Part shown: one piece after another, positions 13,886 to 25,957 of the stretch | How the letters are laid out: the number at the start of each line of letters is the position of its first letter | Numbering within the stretch: the first letter of the stretch is position 1 | Origin: Octopus bimaculoides | Taxonomy: Eukaryota | Length of the DNA stretch: 64,000 bases | Direction of reading: 5' to 3' | NCBI RefSeq assembly: GCF_001194135.2 | Contig: NC_068988.1 | Location: 92,097,531-92,161,530 of the forward strand | Made by a program: the position numbers and the translations under genes | The notes under the pieces: model-generated | Told to the model about the DNA's origin: nothing | Seen by the model: the letters and a program-made list of their open reading frames with translations, nothing else | The model's database searches: none

Positions 13886-13985
13886 ATTGGGTAGTTAATT
13901 ATAGTAACTTTGGAGCACCTTGAAACAGTCGGCTACGATATCATGTGCTGCTAGACTGACAAAGGCTGATTGGCGCTCAGCCAAT
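13886..13985. promoter_or_regulatory. CCAAT-box cluster (putative NF-Y sites) in the Ssdp proximal promoter
   Basis: ATTGG at 13886-13890, GCTGATTGGC around 13965-13974 and CAGCCAAT at 13978-13985, 100-200 nt upstream of the Ssdp ATG in CpG-retaining unique sequence. Confidence 0.55.
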
Positions 13986-15218
13986 TATCTGCCACTTCAT
14001 CCCCCAACACATACATACAACTACACTTACACTCTCCTCTTCCACAGCTTTACCCCTCTCTATAAAATATGTATCAACTTCCTTTCTAACTACGTCATTC
14101 CTCCATCTACTCCTCTTTCTTTCTCTCTCGCTCTTTACATATGGTTTTTTAATAAACACCCACACTCTTTCCTCCCCTTCTATACAACTTACCTCTTTCT
14201 ATACACGTACACACTGCTCTCACTCCACCTTCTACTCTTTCACTCCTCCCCTTCGCTTGCATACCCTCTCTAGATAAATACAAGTACACACTCCTTTTTT
14301 ATGTCATATATACTTCACCTACTACTCACTGCCCTTCATAAGCAAAGCACTCTCTATTAAATTCTTACACGCTTCTATCGCTTACTCAGCCTCCTTCCTC
14401 TAACCGATTATTCTCTTTCTCTCTATCACTCATACTACCACTCTTCCCCTATACACATAAGCAATACACACAGATGTAGACACTAGAACTACACTACACA
14501 CATGCCTATACACACAAGTATTAAAATGGCACTCACATACACTATTAACACATGTATTTACGATACATACACATATGTTCTTAGACAGAGAGCGGGGTGA
14601 CATACACATACATACTCTTACTTTGCCCCTCTCTCACTGCTCCATACACGCAGCGAAGGGGAGAGAGCACGTAGAATAAAATATTTTCCTTCGTTAAGTG
14701 AATAAAATACAATTACGTATTCCATGTGAAGAGGGGGGGAGAGAGAAAACAGTATTATCATCATTATTATTATCATTATTAAAAATGTAAGAAATCATTA
14801 TTTTCACCGTTAATATTATTAATGTAGAAGTGCCGCATGACGACTTCTGGTCTCTGTTCGAGTCTCAAACAAACGACATTACAATTTGTCATTAAACAAT
14901 ATCGTTTGCCACATCAATGCAATATTTACTGGACTTATTTCATCTTAATTATTTCTTTTCTTCACTGCAGAAAAAAAAAGGCAAAGCCAAAAAAAAAAAG
15001 AAATACGAAATAGGAATTCAAAAAATATTTGGAAAGTTTTTTTTTTTTTACTCGGTTGCCAGCATAATTCCAACTTACACCCTCTTCCTGTGAAATATAT
15101 ATAAAATATGAGTGAAGAACTAATTCTTTATTTACCCTCTTTTAGTAACTTTTCTTATATTTTCAATTAAGATGTGCTTGCATAAGCTTTACACACAAAT
15201 ATACCCTTAAATGAGTAT

Positions 15219-15264
<46 letters not shown>

Positions 15265-15460
15265 CATTAATATTTACTCATTCAAATATGCGTGTATACA
15301 AATATATATATATATAACGAGTATATAGCTTCAGCATGCGGTTTTATAGATACACAGTAAGACTATAATATTCTACATGTGTTGTACATTCAAGTGTTTT
15401 GGGATGTATTTTATGTTGTTACTAATTATTAGTATTTATGACAGATTGGTGCAACTTTCT

Positions 15461-15513
<53 letters not shown>

Positions 15514-15633
15514 AGAGAGAGAGATGCTAACTGTTTAATTTCAGCCAGAACTGGTAGGATCAATGAAGAAAATTTAAATAATAAAAGCTTTCAGCAGTTG
15601 ACCTATATTTACAGAGACTCCACGGACTGAATA

Positions 15634-15643
15634 GAGGCGGGGT
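15634..15643 (+). promoter_or_regulatory. GC-box-like motif upstream of the ATG10 coding exon
   Basis: GAGGCGGGGT in otherwise AT-rich DNA about 280 nt before the exon. A single motif, so weak evidence. Confidence 0.25.
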
Positions 15644-15922
15644 ACCTTGAAACTGCTGGCTCTAGACGATTCCTATAAGAGAGGGAAGGGATGCCAACAT
15701 GACTTGTAATTCACAACACTTACTATTTACTGGCCACGGGAACTCTGTCTCTCGCTTAATTCAACGGCAAATAAAATTATTTACTTATATATATTGTATG
15801 TTTAATATATTTTGCATTACAGTAGTCGTTTTTAGTCCGGTGCAGAGACAGTTCTATAACCTAACCCACCTAGAAGGAAAAGGGGTTTCCCTAAGTCCGG
15901 TCCATTGCAGATCCATGAAGTG

Positions 15923-16027
15923 ATGACGGCTGGTTCGATTTCCGAGGAAGAATTTCTGGCTTCAGTACACAACTTCTTGAAAGTCTCCGCTGACAATGTC
16001 GACGTCTGGCAACTTCACAAAGTACCT
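15923..16027 (+). CDS. ATG10: Ubiquitin-like-conjugating enzyme ATG10, first coding exon (exon begins at 15911 after ttgcag)
   Basis: MTAGSISEEEFLASVHNFLKVSADNVDVWQLHKVP|gtaagt aligns without gaps to human ATG10 [31 protein letters not shown], sharing I.E..F......F.K.S....D.W. The phase-0 donor lies six residues after the conserved W, as I recall for human. Only one exon was found, and an in-frame N-terminal extension (IHEV) from an upstream exon cannot be excluded. Confidence 0.82.
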
Positions 16028-16346
16028 GTAAGTGGAAAAAAAAAACAACAAAAAATAACGTTATCTTTGTTTACGTTCAACATCCCCAATCAAATGTATA
16101 TATACCTAAAAATTGCGTATACTATAAATATATATGTATATATATATATATATACATGCAATAAATTTAAAATAAATGTATATAATAATAATATATGCAT
16201 ATAATCCTAAGTATATATATATATATATATATATATATCGTTATATATCAATGTAATGTACACACACATGTGAAATAAAATATGTAATGTAAAATAAACT
16301 TTATACATAATAACTATACAAATGTATAGAAATGTACGTGTATATA

Positions 16347-16378
<32 letters not shown>

Positions 16379-16471
16379 CATATATATATAAAACGTGTAT
16401 ATGCAGTTACTTACGAAAATGTAAAAATTAACGCACACAAAATAATATAAATATAAAATGTTTATACATAC

Positions 16472-16534
<63 letters not shown>

Positions 16535-16849
16535 TATAAATATTATATATATAGAGAGAGTGAGAGATTGTCATCACTTTACATTCGCTTTTATAATGAA
16601 ATGGGTTGGACGGACCATAGCGATTTTACACACTTCTTAAGAGCTACTGCTCCTCAATACTAGTGCTTGGACTTGTCAGCTTCTGTGGCTGGATGCCCTT
16701 CCTATAGCCAACAAATTTACAACGTGTGCTGGGTACATTTCCCCCATGACACTGGAGTACTCGGTAACCTAAGGCCTGTAGACTGAGAAGAAAAGGGAGA
16801 GGGAGCAATGACAGCTGAAAGGCCAGAAATGGTTAATCAAGTAATCTAT

Positions 16850-17350
16850 ATATATATATATATGTGTGTGTGTATATATATATATGTGTGTGTATGTATG
16901 TATGTATATATATATATACATAATGTATGTATATACGTATGTATATATATGTATGTATATATGTGTGCATATATATATGTATGTATATATATGTATGTGT
17001 ATACATATATGTATATATATGTATACATGTATGCATATATATGTATATATATATATATGTATATATGCATACATACATGTGTGTATATGTATGTATACAT
17101 ATGTGTATATATATGTGTGTGTATATATATATACATACGTATACGTATATATTTATGTCTATATATATATGTGTGTGTATTTGTGTATATATATTATATA
17201 TATATGTATGTATATATATATATATAAAATAATACATAATTATACTACATATATATATGTAAATAAATATATATGTGTGTATATATAAAATAATTCATAA
17301 ATTATACTACATATATGTAAGTAAACATATATGTATGTGTGTATATATGC
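16850..17350. repeat. Compound (TA)/(TG)/(TATG) microsatellite field
   Basis: Direct inspection. Similar fields occur throughout, e.g. 1-150, 38230-38510 and 44850-45020. Confidence 0.95.
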
Positions 17351-17982
17351 ATTAATGTATTATATACATAAGGTTGTTGTTATGGGGTATGTTTTCCAAA
17401 CCTATGGGTTTGGGTGGAGTCTCACTGCCTGACACCTTGGGCAAGTGTCTTCTACTTTAGTTCTGGCCAAACTGATATTGAGTAAGTAAATTTGGCTGAC
17501 TGAAACTGTAAGGAAGTCCACTGTGTACACACATGTGCACGCACACACACTCACATATATATAATGTATGTATGGTGGTGGTGGTGGGGGGGGCGTATAT
17601 GTATGTATGTGTTTGTGTTGTGCATGTCCTACTCACCACTCGGCAACCAGTGTTGGTTCGTTTATATCCCTGTAACTTAGCAGTTCGGCATACTTCACAA
17701 TATATGAGCTGGTGTTACTTTGTTCAACTAAACTCTTCAAAGCAGCACCCCCAGTATGGCTGCATCCCGATGGATGAAACAAGTAAAAGATAAACAATAC
17801 AAATATTACATCAGTGCAGGTATGTGTGTGTGGTTAAAAAGTTCACTTCACACCCATGTGGTATCAGGTTCTAACCCACTACTCAGCATCTTAGGGAAGT
17901 GTCTTTTACAATAATCATAGTCTAACCGGTACCTTTTGAGTGAATTCAGTAGACAGAAACTATAAAAAGTTTGTTATATACA

Positions 17983-18371
17983 GGCACAGGCGTGGCTGTG
18001 TGGTAAGAAGCTTGATTCCCAGCCACAAGGTTCCAGGTTCAGTCCCATTGCGTGGCACCTTGGGCAAGTGTCTTCTACTATAGTCTCGGGCCACCCAAAG
18101 CGTTGTGAGTGGATTTGGTAGACGGAAACTGAAAGAAACCCGTCGTATATATCTATATTAACATATATATGTGTGTGTCTGTGTTTGTTCCCCCATCACC
18201 GTTTGACAAATTGTGTTTACGTCCCTGTAACTTAGCAGTTCAGCAAAAGAGACTGATAGAATAAGTACTAGGCTTAAGAAATAAGTCCTGAGGTCGATTT
18301 CTTCGACTACAAAACCCTTCATGGTTGTGCTCCAGCATGGCCACAGTCAAATGATTGAAACAAGTAAAAGA
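17983..18371 (+). mobile_element. tRNA-derived SINE, family A (octopus OR-like)
   Basis: tRNA-like head (ggctgtgtggtaag...ggttcagtccc), conserved body ggcaccttgggcaagtgtcttctactatagc, internal microsatellite and tail. Confidence 0.85.
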
Positions 18372-18374
18372 ATA

Positions 18375-18423
<49 letters not shown>

Positions 18424-18563
18424 CATAAACAAACTTAAGAAGCCCTGAATGTGTTGGTATTTTACAGACAAGAATGTAAATTTCGAATGCAGTAGAGCTG
18501 TGAAAACAGGAGACAAAGATTAGATATTTACCCTTAGAAGATGGGAAAAAAAAGTTGCCAGCA

Positions 18564-18648
18564 GGCAGCTATGGGGAGTCGAACCCCATACTCCTCAGAT
18601 ACAGACTCAGACTCAGATACAGTGCTCTAATCATTAAGCTAAAAGGCC
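18564..18648 (-). pseudogene. tRNA-like sequence (pseudo-tRNA or SINE head)
   Basis: A-box-like TAGCTTAATGATTAGAGC, B box GGTTCGACTCC and a perfect T-stem TGGGG/CCCCA. The anticodon arm is disrupted by a tctgag duplication and the acceptor stem pairs poorly. Confidence 0.6.
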
Positions 18649-19082
18649 CCTTACATATAGATATATGTATGTGTGTATATGCATGTATCTATGTGTGAAT
18701 AAATATATGTGTATGTACATATATATATATATATATACATATATAAATTCAATAAATAGAGTCAACAGGAAGGAGTACGTTTACACAGCTATTTAATAAA
18801 CTCTACACATGTTTCGATACAACATAGATTCACATATACACAGGATTTAAATTAAGCAACAGTTTACCTGTATAATGGGATCAGTTATATCTCCTCAGGT
18901 GATATATTATCGCTGTCTCCATAAGTAAATCTTTGACTTTGATGCTAATACATCCAACTAAGCCGAGACTTTGAATACTACCCGGCTATTTGGTAATTCT
19001 AAGGGTGAACGAGTTCTGTTTTGTACTCTGCTACATTCCTAATAGAATATACCTTAAATAAATAAATATATATATATATATA

Positions 19083-19253
19083 GGCGTAGGAGTGACTGTG
19101 TAGTAAGTAGCTTGCTTACCAACGACATGGTTGCAGGTTCAGTCCCACTGCGTGGCACCTTGGGCAAGTGTCTTCTACTATAGCCTCGAGCCGACCAAAG
19201 CCTTGTGAGTGGATTTGGTAGATGGAAACTGAAAGAAGTCCCTCGTATATATT

Positions 19254-19290
<37 letters not shown>

Positions 19291-19481
19291 CTGTGTTTGT
19301 CCCCCCAACATCGCTTGACAACCGATGCTGGTGTGTTTACATCCCCGTAACATAGCGGTTCGGCAATAGAGACCGATAGAATAAGTACTAGGCTTACAAA
19401 GAATAAGTCCTGGGGTCGATTTGCTCGACTAAAAGCGGTGCTCCAGCATGGCCGCAGTCAAATGACTGAAACGAGTAAAGA

Positions 19482-19482
<1 letters not shown>
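19083..19482 (+). mobile_element. tRNA-derived SINE, family A, young full-length copy
   Basis: ggcgtaggagtg...ggttcagtccc head through the tail cagtcaaatgactgaaac. CpGs are retained. Confidence 0.9.
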
Positions 19483-19514
<32 letters not shown>

Positions 19515-19519
<5 letters not shown>

Positions 19520-20173
19520 GGAAGTCAAAAATTATTTGCACTTCTGCCATAACATACCTTTATTATTGTCACTCTGCCTTCTGTGCATGTGTGCTTATAG
19601 TTAGTATTATTGTGGTTGTGATCAAAGTTTGAGCCTGGTCCTGCCATTTTTCATCCTGGCTTTACAGTGTAAGCATGGCCACTCCACTAGCAATGTGCAT
19701 CAAAGAAGAACAAAGAGCAATAATCCGATTTCTCTGATGGAAAGGTGTGTCATGTGCTGAAGTTCATCAGAGGCTTTTAGTACAATACAGGGACAGTGCA
19801 CTATCACATAGAAGTGTGTATGAGTGGATCGGGAAGTTTAAAAGTGGCCGGACAAGCATGATACATGAAGAGGAAGCAGGTTGCCTGTCAACTTCCGCTA
19901 CTGATGAGAAGTTTCAGCAAACTCAAGAGATGGTAATGGTTCACCATTACCATCTCTTGGATCACTGCTCTTTGTTCTTCTTTGGTGCACATTGCTAGTG
20001 GAGTGGCCATACTTACACTGTAAAGCTAGAAAGAAAAAATGGTGTGATCAGGCTCAAACTTTGATCATGTGACCACAATACTACCAACTGTAAGCACGCA
20101 TGTGCAGAAGGCAGTATGACAATAATAAAGATATGTTATGGTGAAAGTGCAGATAATTTTTGACTTCTCCTCG
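19515..20173. mobile_element. Mariner-derived fold-back element with ~220-bp inverted arms
   Basis: Arms at 19515-~19735 and ~19960-20173 are inverted copies of a mariner left end, with TA flanks. The centre encodes the transposase N-terminus (HRSVYEWIGKFKSGRTSM). Confidence 0.85.
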
Positions 20174-20389
20174 TATATATATTATATATAAGCCTGCTCC
20201 TGCTGAACTGATTTAGTCTCTTTATATTCCTTTGGTGCACCTCTTCTAATTTACTAAAGCTATTCTAAGATTTTTGTAATACTTTTGCGTTATGAAAGCA
20301 TAAGCTTATGTGTGTTTCTTAGGCTGACTTATATACAAATGTGTGTGTATATATATATATATATTTATATATATACTACACTTATATAT

Positions 20390-23300
20390 ATACTACACTT
20401 TAATATATGTATAAATAAGCTGCTAACTTCAGTGGACATGTTGCATAACACTTGAATGGCTTCCAAGGTGTGCATGGAATGTATGAGTATTGTACGAGGA
20501 ATGAGGAGAGCTCAAGGTTCCTAGAGTTTTGCAATGCAAATGACCGAACCATTTGCAACGCTAACTTCAGGACACCAGCCACCTGATTACCTACCAGTCA
20601 GATGAACACAAAGGCAAAATAGACTTTATTCTCAACAGAAAATCAGTTAGACAGATGGTTGTGAAAGCCAAGTTTTCCCTCTGGGAAAAAAATGTACCAC
20701 CTAATACTGGTTAACAATTACTGATTCCAGAATAAATGCAAGACAGAACCAGAGGTTCAAGACGTTTTGAAAATGGAACAAATAGAAGCTTAAAAAGCTG
20801 TGAAACAGTCAGAAGTTCAGAAAATTACTTCCTGAAGCATTTTGATGAGATAGGGAGAGATAAAGACCTATGGGATACCCTGCTAAAGGTCACAGATTGG
20901 ATATGAGGTTTGTCAGGACCTCAACTAGATGAACGGTGACATGGTACTGGAATAGTTTTATATACCAGGTTTTAAAAGATAAGAGACAAGCCAGGGCAAA
21001 CTGGATAAAAAGGGATAACAAAGAAGAATATCAAATAGCTGGATGAGATGCTAGACATTAAATATAGACTTAGCAAGAAAAGGTGCAAAAAGAAAGTAGT
21101 ACAAGGATCAAAAGTATGTGGTGCTCAGAATAGATGACAAGCCTAAGAGAGAATCATGGAAGAATAAGGAAGCAGCGTTTACCAGCAATAACTGAATTTT
21201 TTCTCACCAACACTGAAATGAAAGAAGCATGGAAATGCTATAATGAGATGCTGCTGAAGGTAGAGAATGAATGCGAGAGAGAGAGTCTATCCCAAGTAGA
21301 CCGCAATAGAGGGAACAGCCATTTCACTTGACAACAGTATGGTAGAGTGATTAAGGATATGAAGGGAGGGAAAGTAGCTGGCCCTTTGGAAATAGTTGCA
21401 ACAATTCTCAAAATGTCTGGTGAAATAGGGTATAGACTAGTTACTCAAACAATTCATCAGGTAATACAAGAAAACAAGATACTCAAAATCTGGTGCACCA
21501 GCATCATTGTAAACTGTTACAAAAGCAAAGGAAATGCACTACAGAGAGTAAATTACAGAAATCAAAGCAGGACATGAAAGTTTTTACAGAAAGAGCTCTT
21601 GCAAAGTTGGTTAGAAACAAGATAAATCTAGATTAGAAGTATTAGGAACAGGATAAGCCTTGATTTAGAAGTATTTTAGCTTTGTACCAGGAAGGGGTAT
21701 CACCCTTGCTATCTACCTATTAAGGCACTTGCAAAAGAAAACCTTAGCTTGAAATAATCTTGGAATTTGAAGACCTAGCGAAGGCTTTCAACAGAGTTCC
21801 TTAATCTGACATCTGGTGGGTGCTAAGAAAGCTAGATGTAGATAAATAGCTAGTGATGACTAAAATTCTCATACAGGAATGCACTCAACAGGATGACAGT
21901 TAAAATGAATACAAGAAATTTAGCATACAATTCAGGTTCTACATATATTTGGTCTTCAGTCTTCTCCAGCTTATTATAGTCTTCTAAGCCATAACAGATG
22001 GATTTAAGACTGGCTATCCCTGGGAACTTCTGTATACTGATGACTGCTTCTGTTATCAGATAACAGAATCTATGGAAGATTTGGAGAAGAAATTCCAGAT
22101 GTGAGAACAAAACCTGGAATTGAAAGATGTTAAAGTATACATAGCCAAGACAAAAGTTACACTAAATAGAAAAGAAGACAGGAGTCTGTCTACTGCATCA
22201 GGAAAATGACTGATCATTATGCAGAAAAGGAATAACTAGAAACTCTATACAGTGTGCTCAGTGTAAACAATGAACATACAAGAAACATAGTGGGATCATA
22301 GGCAGGCTGGGGAAAAAGCAGCCTTCATATGTGGCTGGTGTACAGGAGGATTAAACTCAAAAAGCACCCAAGAAATAGTTTCTCTCAACTGGGCAGGAGT
22401 TTTACTAAAAAATAGTCAATTGTTTTTGTTATGTAAGTAAGATAATTGGCAGTGGAGGTAGGGTGTGTGTCTGAAAGCATAGTAGCCAGAGGGGAAATGG
22501 AGTGTAAAAAATTCAGGGTGTTACTACTTCTGAGGGCAACAATGGGCTTCTCTTACAGAGTGAAAGACAGTTGAGTGATGCTGGTATTCAAAGTTTGGTG
22601 CTACATGGTATACCTGGGCCTTGAAAGCAGAGGTTTTTGTGAAGGCTAGAAAGAATTGAAACAAGTATCCTTCGCTGGATGTGTAATGTCACTGCACATA
22701 AACTGCATGGTACAAATAACTTAAATGAAAATTTGTGTACAAGAGGAATCATATGTAGTTTGCAAGAGAAAAAAACTGCATTGATATGGTGGCATATGAT
22801 ACATATAGATGATGATAGTGGCGGGAAAAGGAAAAAGAAATAGTGGATGGTGCCTGTGGAAGAGGAAGACCAAAAAAACATGACTAAGTGGTGAAAATTA
22901 ATCTCAAGATGAACCTCACAAAAAGGGATGGAACCATAACAACAGATGGCATATTCTCTTGGGCAAACATGGCAGAGAGTAAATGGTAACAATGGGTGGG
23001 TTGGTGGTTTGGGATGTTCATGCAGCATTCACTTGCTTCTCTTTCTCTTACAACAGCTTCTCTACCCAGGATGCTTTCACTAAATCTTCATCCTCTGCAC
23101 TTTCCCCAACCTCTGTAGTACCCTCCAGTTTCTCTTTCTCTCACTGCATTCAACAATTGCTCCTCTGCCTCTCTTCCTTTCACTGTCCCTGCTTCACAGT
23201 TTCCCCACTGCCTCAACACCCACTCATCTCTCCCTCACTAACCTCCTCCCATGATCCCCACCCGTCTCTTTTCTTTAATGACTTTCTTCCCACAGCCACT

Positions 23301-23720
23301 CTCATCTCTTTCTTTCTTACATGTTTTTTTCCCTTTATATTCACCCTCATAATGTAAGATAGCACTGGACCCATCTTGTATCCCTTCCATACTCCATCAA
23401 GATTCAGTGCCTGTTACTCTCTCCACTACCGCTCTCTTGTAACAATAAGTCTGTTCCTCTCAACAAATTTTATGATCCTGCTTAAAATCAACACTCCCTG
23501 TCTTCTATTTCCTTTTCAGTTGCCTGATACAAAGTGACCACACTAGTGCTGGTGCTATGAAAACAAAAACTAGTACACTCTGTAAGGTAATTGGTATTAC
23601 AAAGAGTATGCAGCCATAGAAATTATGTCAAAACTGAGATATTGTCACACAATGCGGTCCTCCAACTTGTCAGATCTTGTCAAGCAATTCAACCTACACA
23701 AACATAGAAAGCAGATCTAA
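20390..23720 (+). mobile_element. Degenerate RTE-clade LINE (endonuclease, RT and 3' UTR relic)
   Basis: Broken motifs TYQSDEHKGKIDFIL (endonuclease) and WCTSIIVNCYKSKGNALQRVNYR (RT start), with many stops and frameshifts. The 3' tail is homologous to SINE family B. Confidence 0.8.
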
Positions 23721-23848
23721 AATTTGTGTGTGTGTGATTATATATATTCACACAAACACACATATATACATATACACACACACAGATATATAAGTGCATA
23801 GATATATATGTATATTATATAGATATCATCATCATCATCGTCGTCGTC

Positions 23849-24131
23849 GTTTAATGCCCGCTTTCCATGCTAGCATGGGTTGGACGATTTGACTGAGGAC
23901 TGGTGAAACCGGATGGCTACACCAGGCTCCAATCTGATTTGGCAGAGTTTCTACGGCTGGATGCCCTTCCTAATGCCAACCACTCAGAGAGTGTAGTGGG
24001 TGCTTTTACGTGTCACCCGCATGAAGGCCAGTCAGGCGGTACTGGCAACGGCCACGCTCAAGATGGTGTATTTTATGTGCCACCTGCACAAGAGCCAGTC
24101 CAGGGGCACTGGCAACGATCTCGCTCGAAAA
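23849..24131 (-). mobile_element. Short RTE-tail element (SINE family B), copy 1
   Basis: gtttaatgcccgctttccatgctagcatgggttggacg..., ending in (GAT)n on the minus strand. Confidence 0.85.
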
Positions 24132-24511
24132 TCCTACGGAGATATAGATATAGATAGATAGATATTCATATGTAAATATATTTATGCAGATAATATATAT
24201 GCATGTATATATAATGCTTTCCTAAATAAAAGTGCACTTCATTTTTGAAACTCTGAAGCAATAGTGTGATGCACAATCATTCAACTATGAGTATATTGCA
24301 TCTTATAGCAGAAACTGCTGTAAGCTAATGAAGGTCATGATATAATTTCTCATTCCATTGTCATTTTAATTTCTTATTACTGCTCTGTACTTGATTGATG
24401 CTTTGTTCTGAAACATATGTATATCAAGTTCTAACACTACTTGGGTCAAATAAAATGTATAATATATACACAATGTATGATATACACACACACAGATCTA
24501 CGAAATTTACT

Positions 24512-24571
<60 letters not shown>

Positions 24572-24658
24572 CATCATCCTCTTCATTTAACATCCATTGT
24601 CCTTTAAAATGATGATGATATATATATATATATATATATCATCATCATCATCTTCATC

Positions 24659-24900
24659 GTTTAACGTCCGCTTTCCATGCTAGCATGGGTTGGACGATTT
24701 GACTGAGGACTGGTGAAACCGGATGGCAACACCAGGTTCCAATCTGATTTGGCAGAGTTTCTACAGCTGGATGCCCTTCCTAACGCCAACCACTCAGAGA
24801 TTGTAGTGGTTGATTTTACGTGTCACCCGCACAAAGGCCAGTCAGGCGGTACTGGCAATGGCCACGCTCAAAATGGTGCATTTTATGTGCCACCCGCACG
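24659..24900 (-). mobile_element. SINE family B, copy 2 (truncated)
   Basis: Near-identical to 23849-24131 over its length. Confidence 0.85.
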
Positions 24901-25159
24901 GCTATCATACATAACTACTCAAAATGTGCATATTAAATGCATTCAAAATATGAGCATTTAGTTTTGCGATTACCTCAGTACTACTCAATTCATTTATTTT
25001 TCTAACAGTCTAGCCCATCATTACTTGAGTAATACAGTTATAGTGGAAAATTAAACTAGACATTCAGATGAAATCTTTTGGTAAATTTTTTTGCCTCAAA
25101 GTATACAACTTAATATACACACTATCATTATCACTGTATTAATGTCTAATTTTTCATAA

Positions 25160-25465
25160 TTTTCGAGCGAGATCGTTGCCAGTGCCCCTGGACTGGCTCT
25201 TGTGCAGGTGGCACATAAAATACACCATTTTGAGCATGGCTGTTGCCAGTACCGCCTGACTGACCTTTTTGCGGGTGACACGTAAAAGCACTCACTACAC
25301 TCTCTGAGTGGTTGGCATTAGGAAGGGCATCCAGCCATAGAAATTCTGCCAAATCAGATTGGAGCCTGGTGTAGCCATCTGGTTTCACCAGTCCTCAGTC
25401 AAATCGTCCAACCCATGCTAGCATGGAAAGCGGACGTTAAACGACGATGATGATGATGATGATGT
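25160..25465 (+). mobile_element. SINE family B, copy 3 (inverted relative to copies 1 and 2)
   Basis: Reverse complement of copy 1, with a (GAT)n tail. Confidence 0.85.
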
Positions 25466-25957
25466 ATGGGTCAGAAAAAATTTATTGATGCAGAATCTCT
25501 ATGTCTGGAAGCTCTTCCTATTCCCAACAAACTTGTTTCCATGCACAGTAACATTTTTCCTGTAGTCCATATTTGTTTTTGCAGAAAATTGCAAACAAAC
25601 ATCGTCACTTATACAGCAGTGAATCTCATTTGCAATTTACAGTATTGTAAATTTCGTTTCATAACCACCAATTCATATTACTAAGCAGTTTCATGTTGAA
25701 GAATCTTCCAAGTGTAGAAAGATACGTTAACAATCATCGGGCAAAGCATTCAGTTATAAACTTCACTGAGGACCCTGTGAATGCGAAAGCGAAATTCCAG
25801 AGTAGCAAAAGACTGACTCAATATATTGCTTCCCAACCCCTTGATTCTGGGTTTAGTCCCACTGTGTGACACCTTGAGCAAGTGTCTTTTATATAGCCTC
25901 GGGCCAACTAAAGCCTTGATAGTAGATTTGGTAGATGAAAACTGAAAGAATCCTGTC

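Noticed and set aside
18564-18648. Functional tRNA gene
   Set aside because: Acceptor stem mispairs and the anticodon arm is disrupted; kept only as tRNA-like.
23903-25388. Three near-identical 'MKPDG...' ORFs resembling a small gene family
   Set aside because: They are incidental frames within SINE family B copies.
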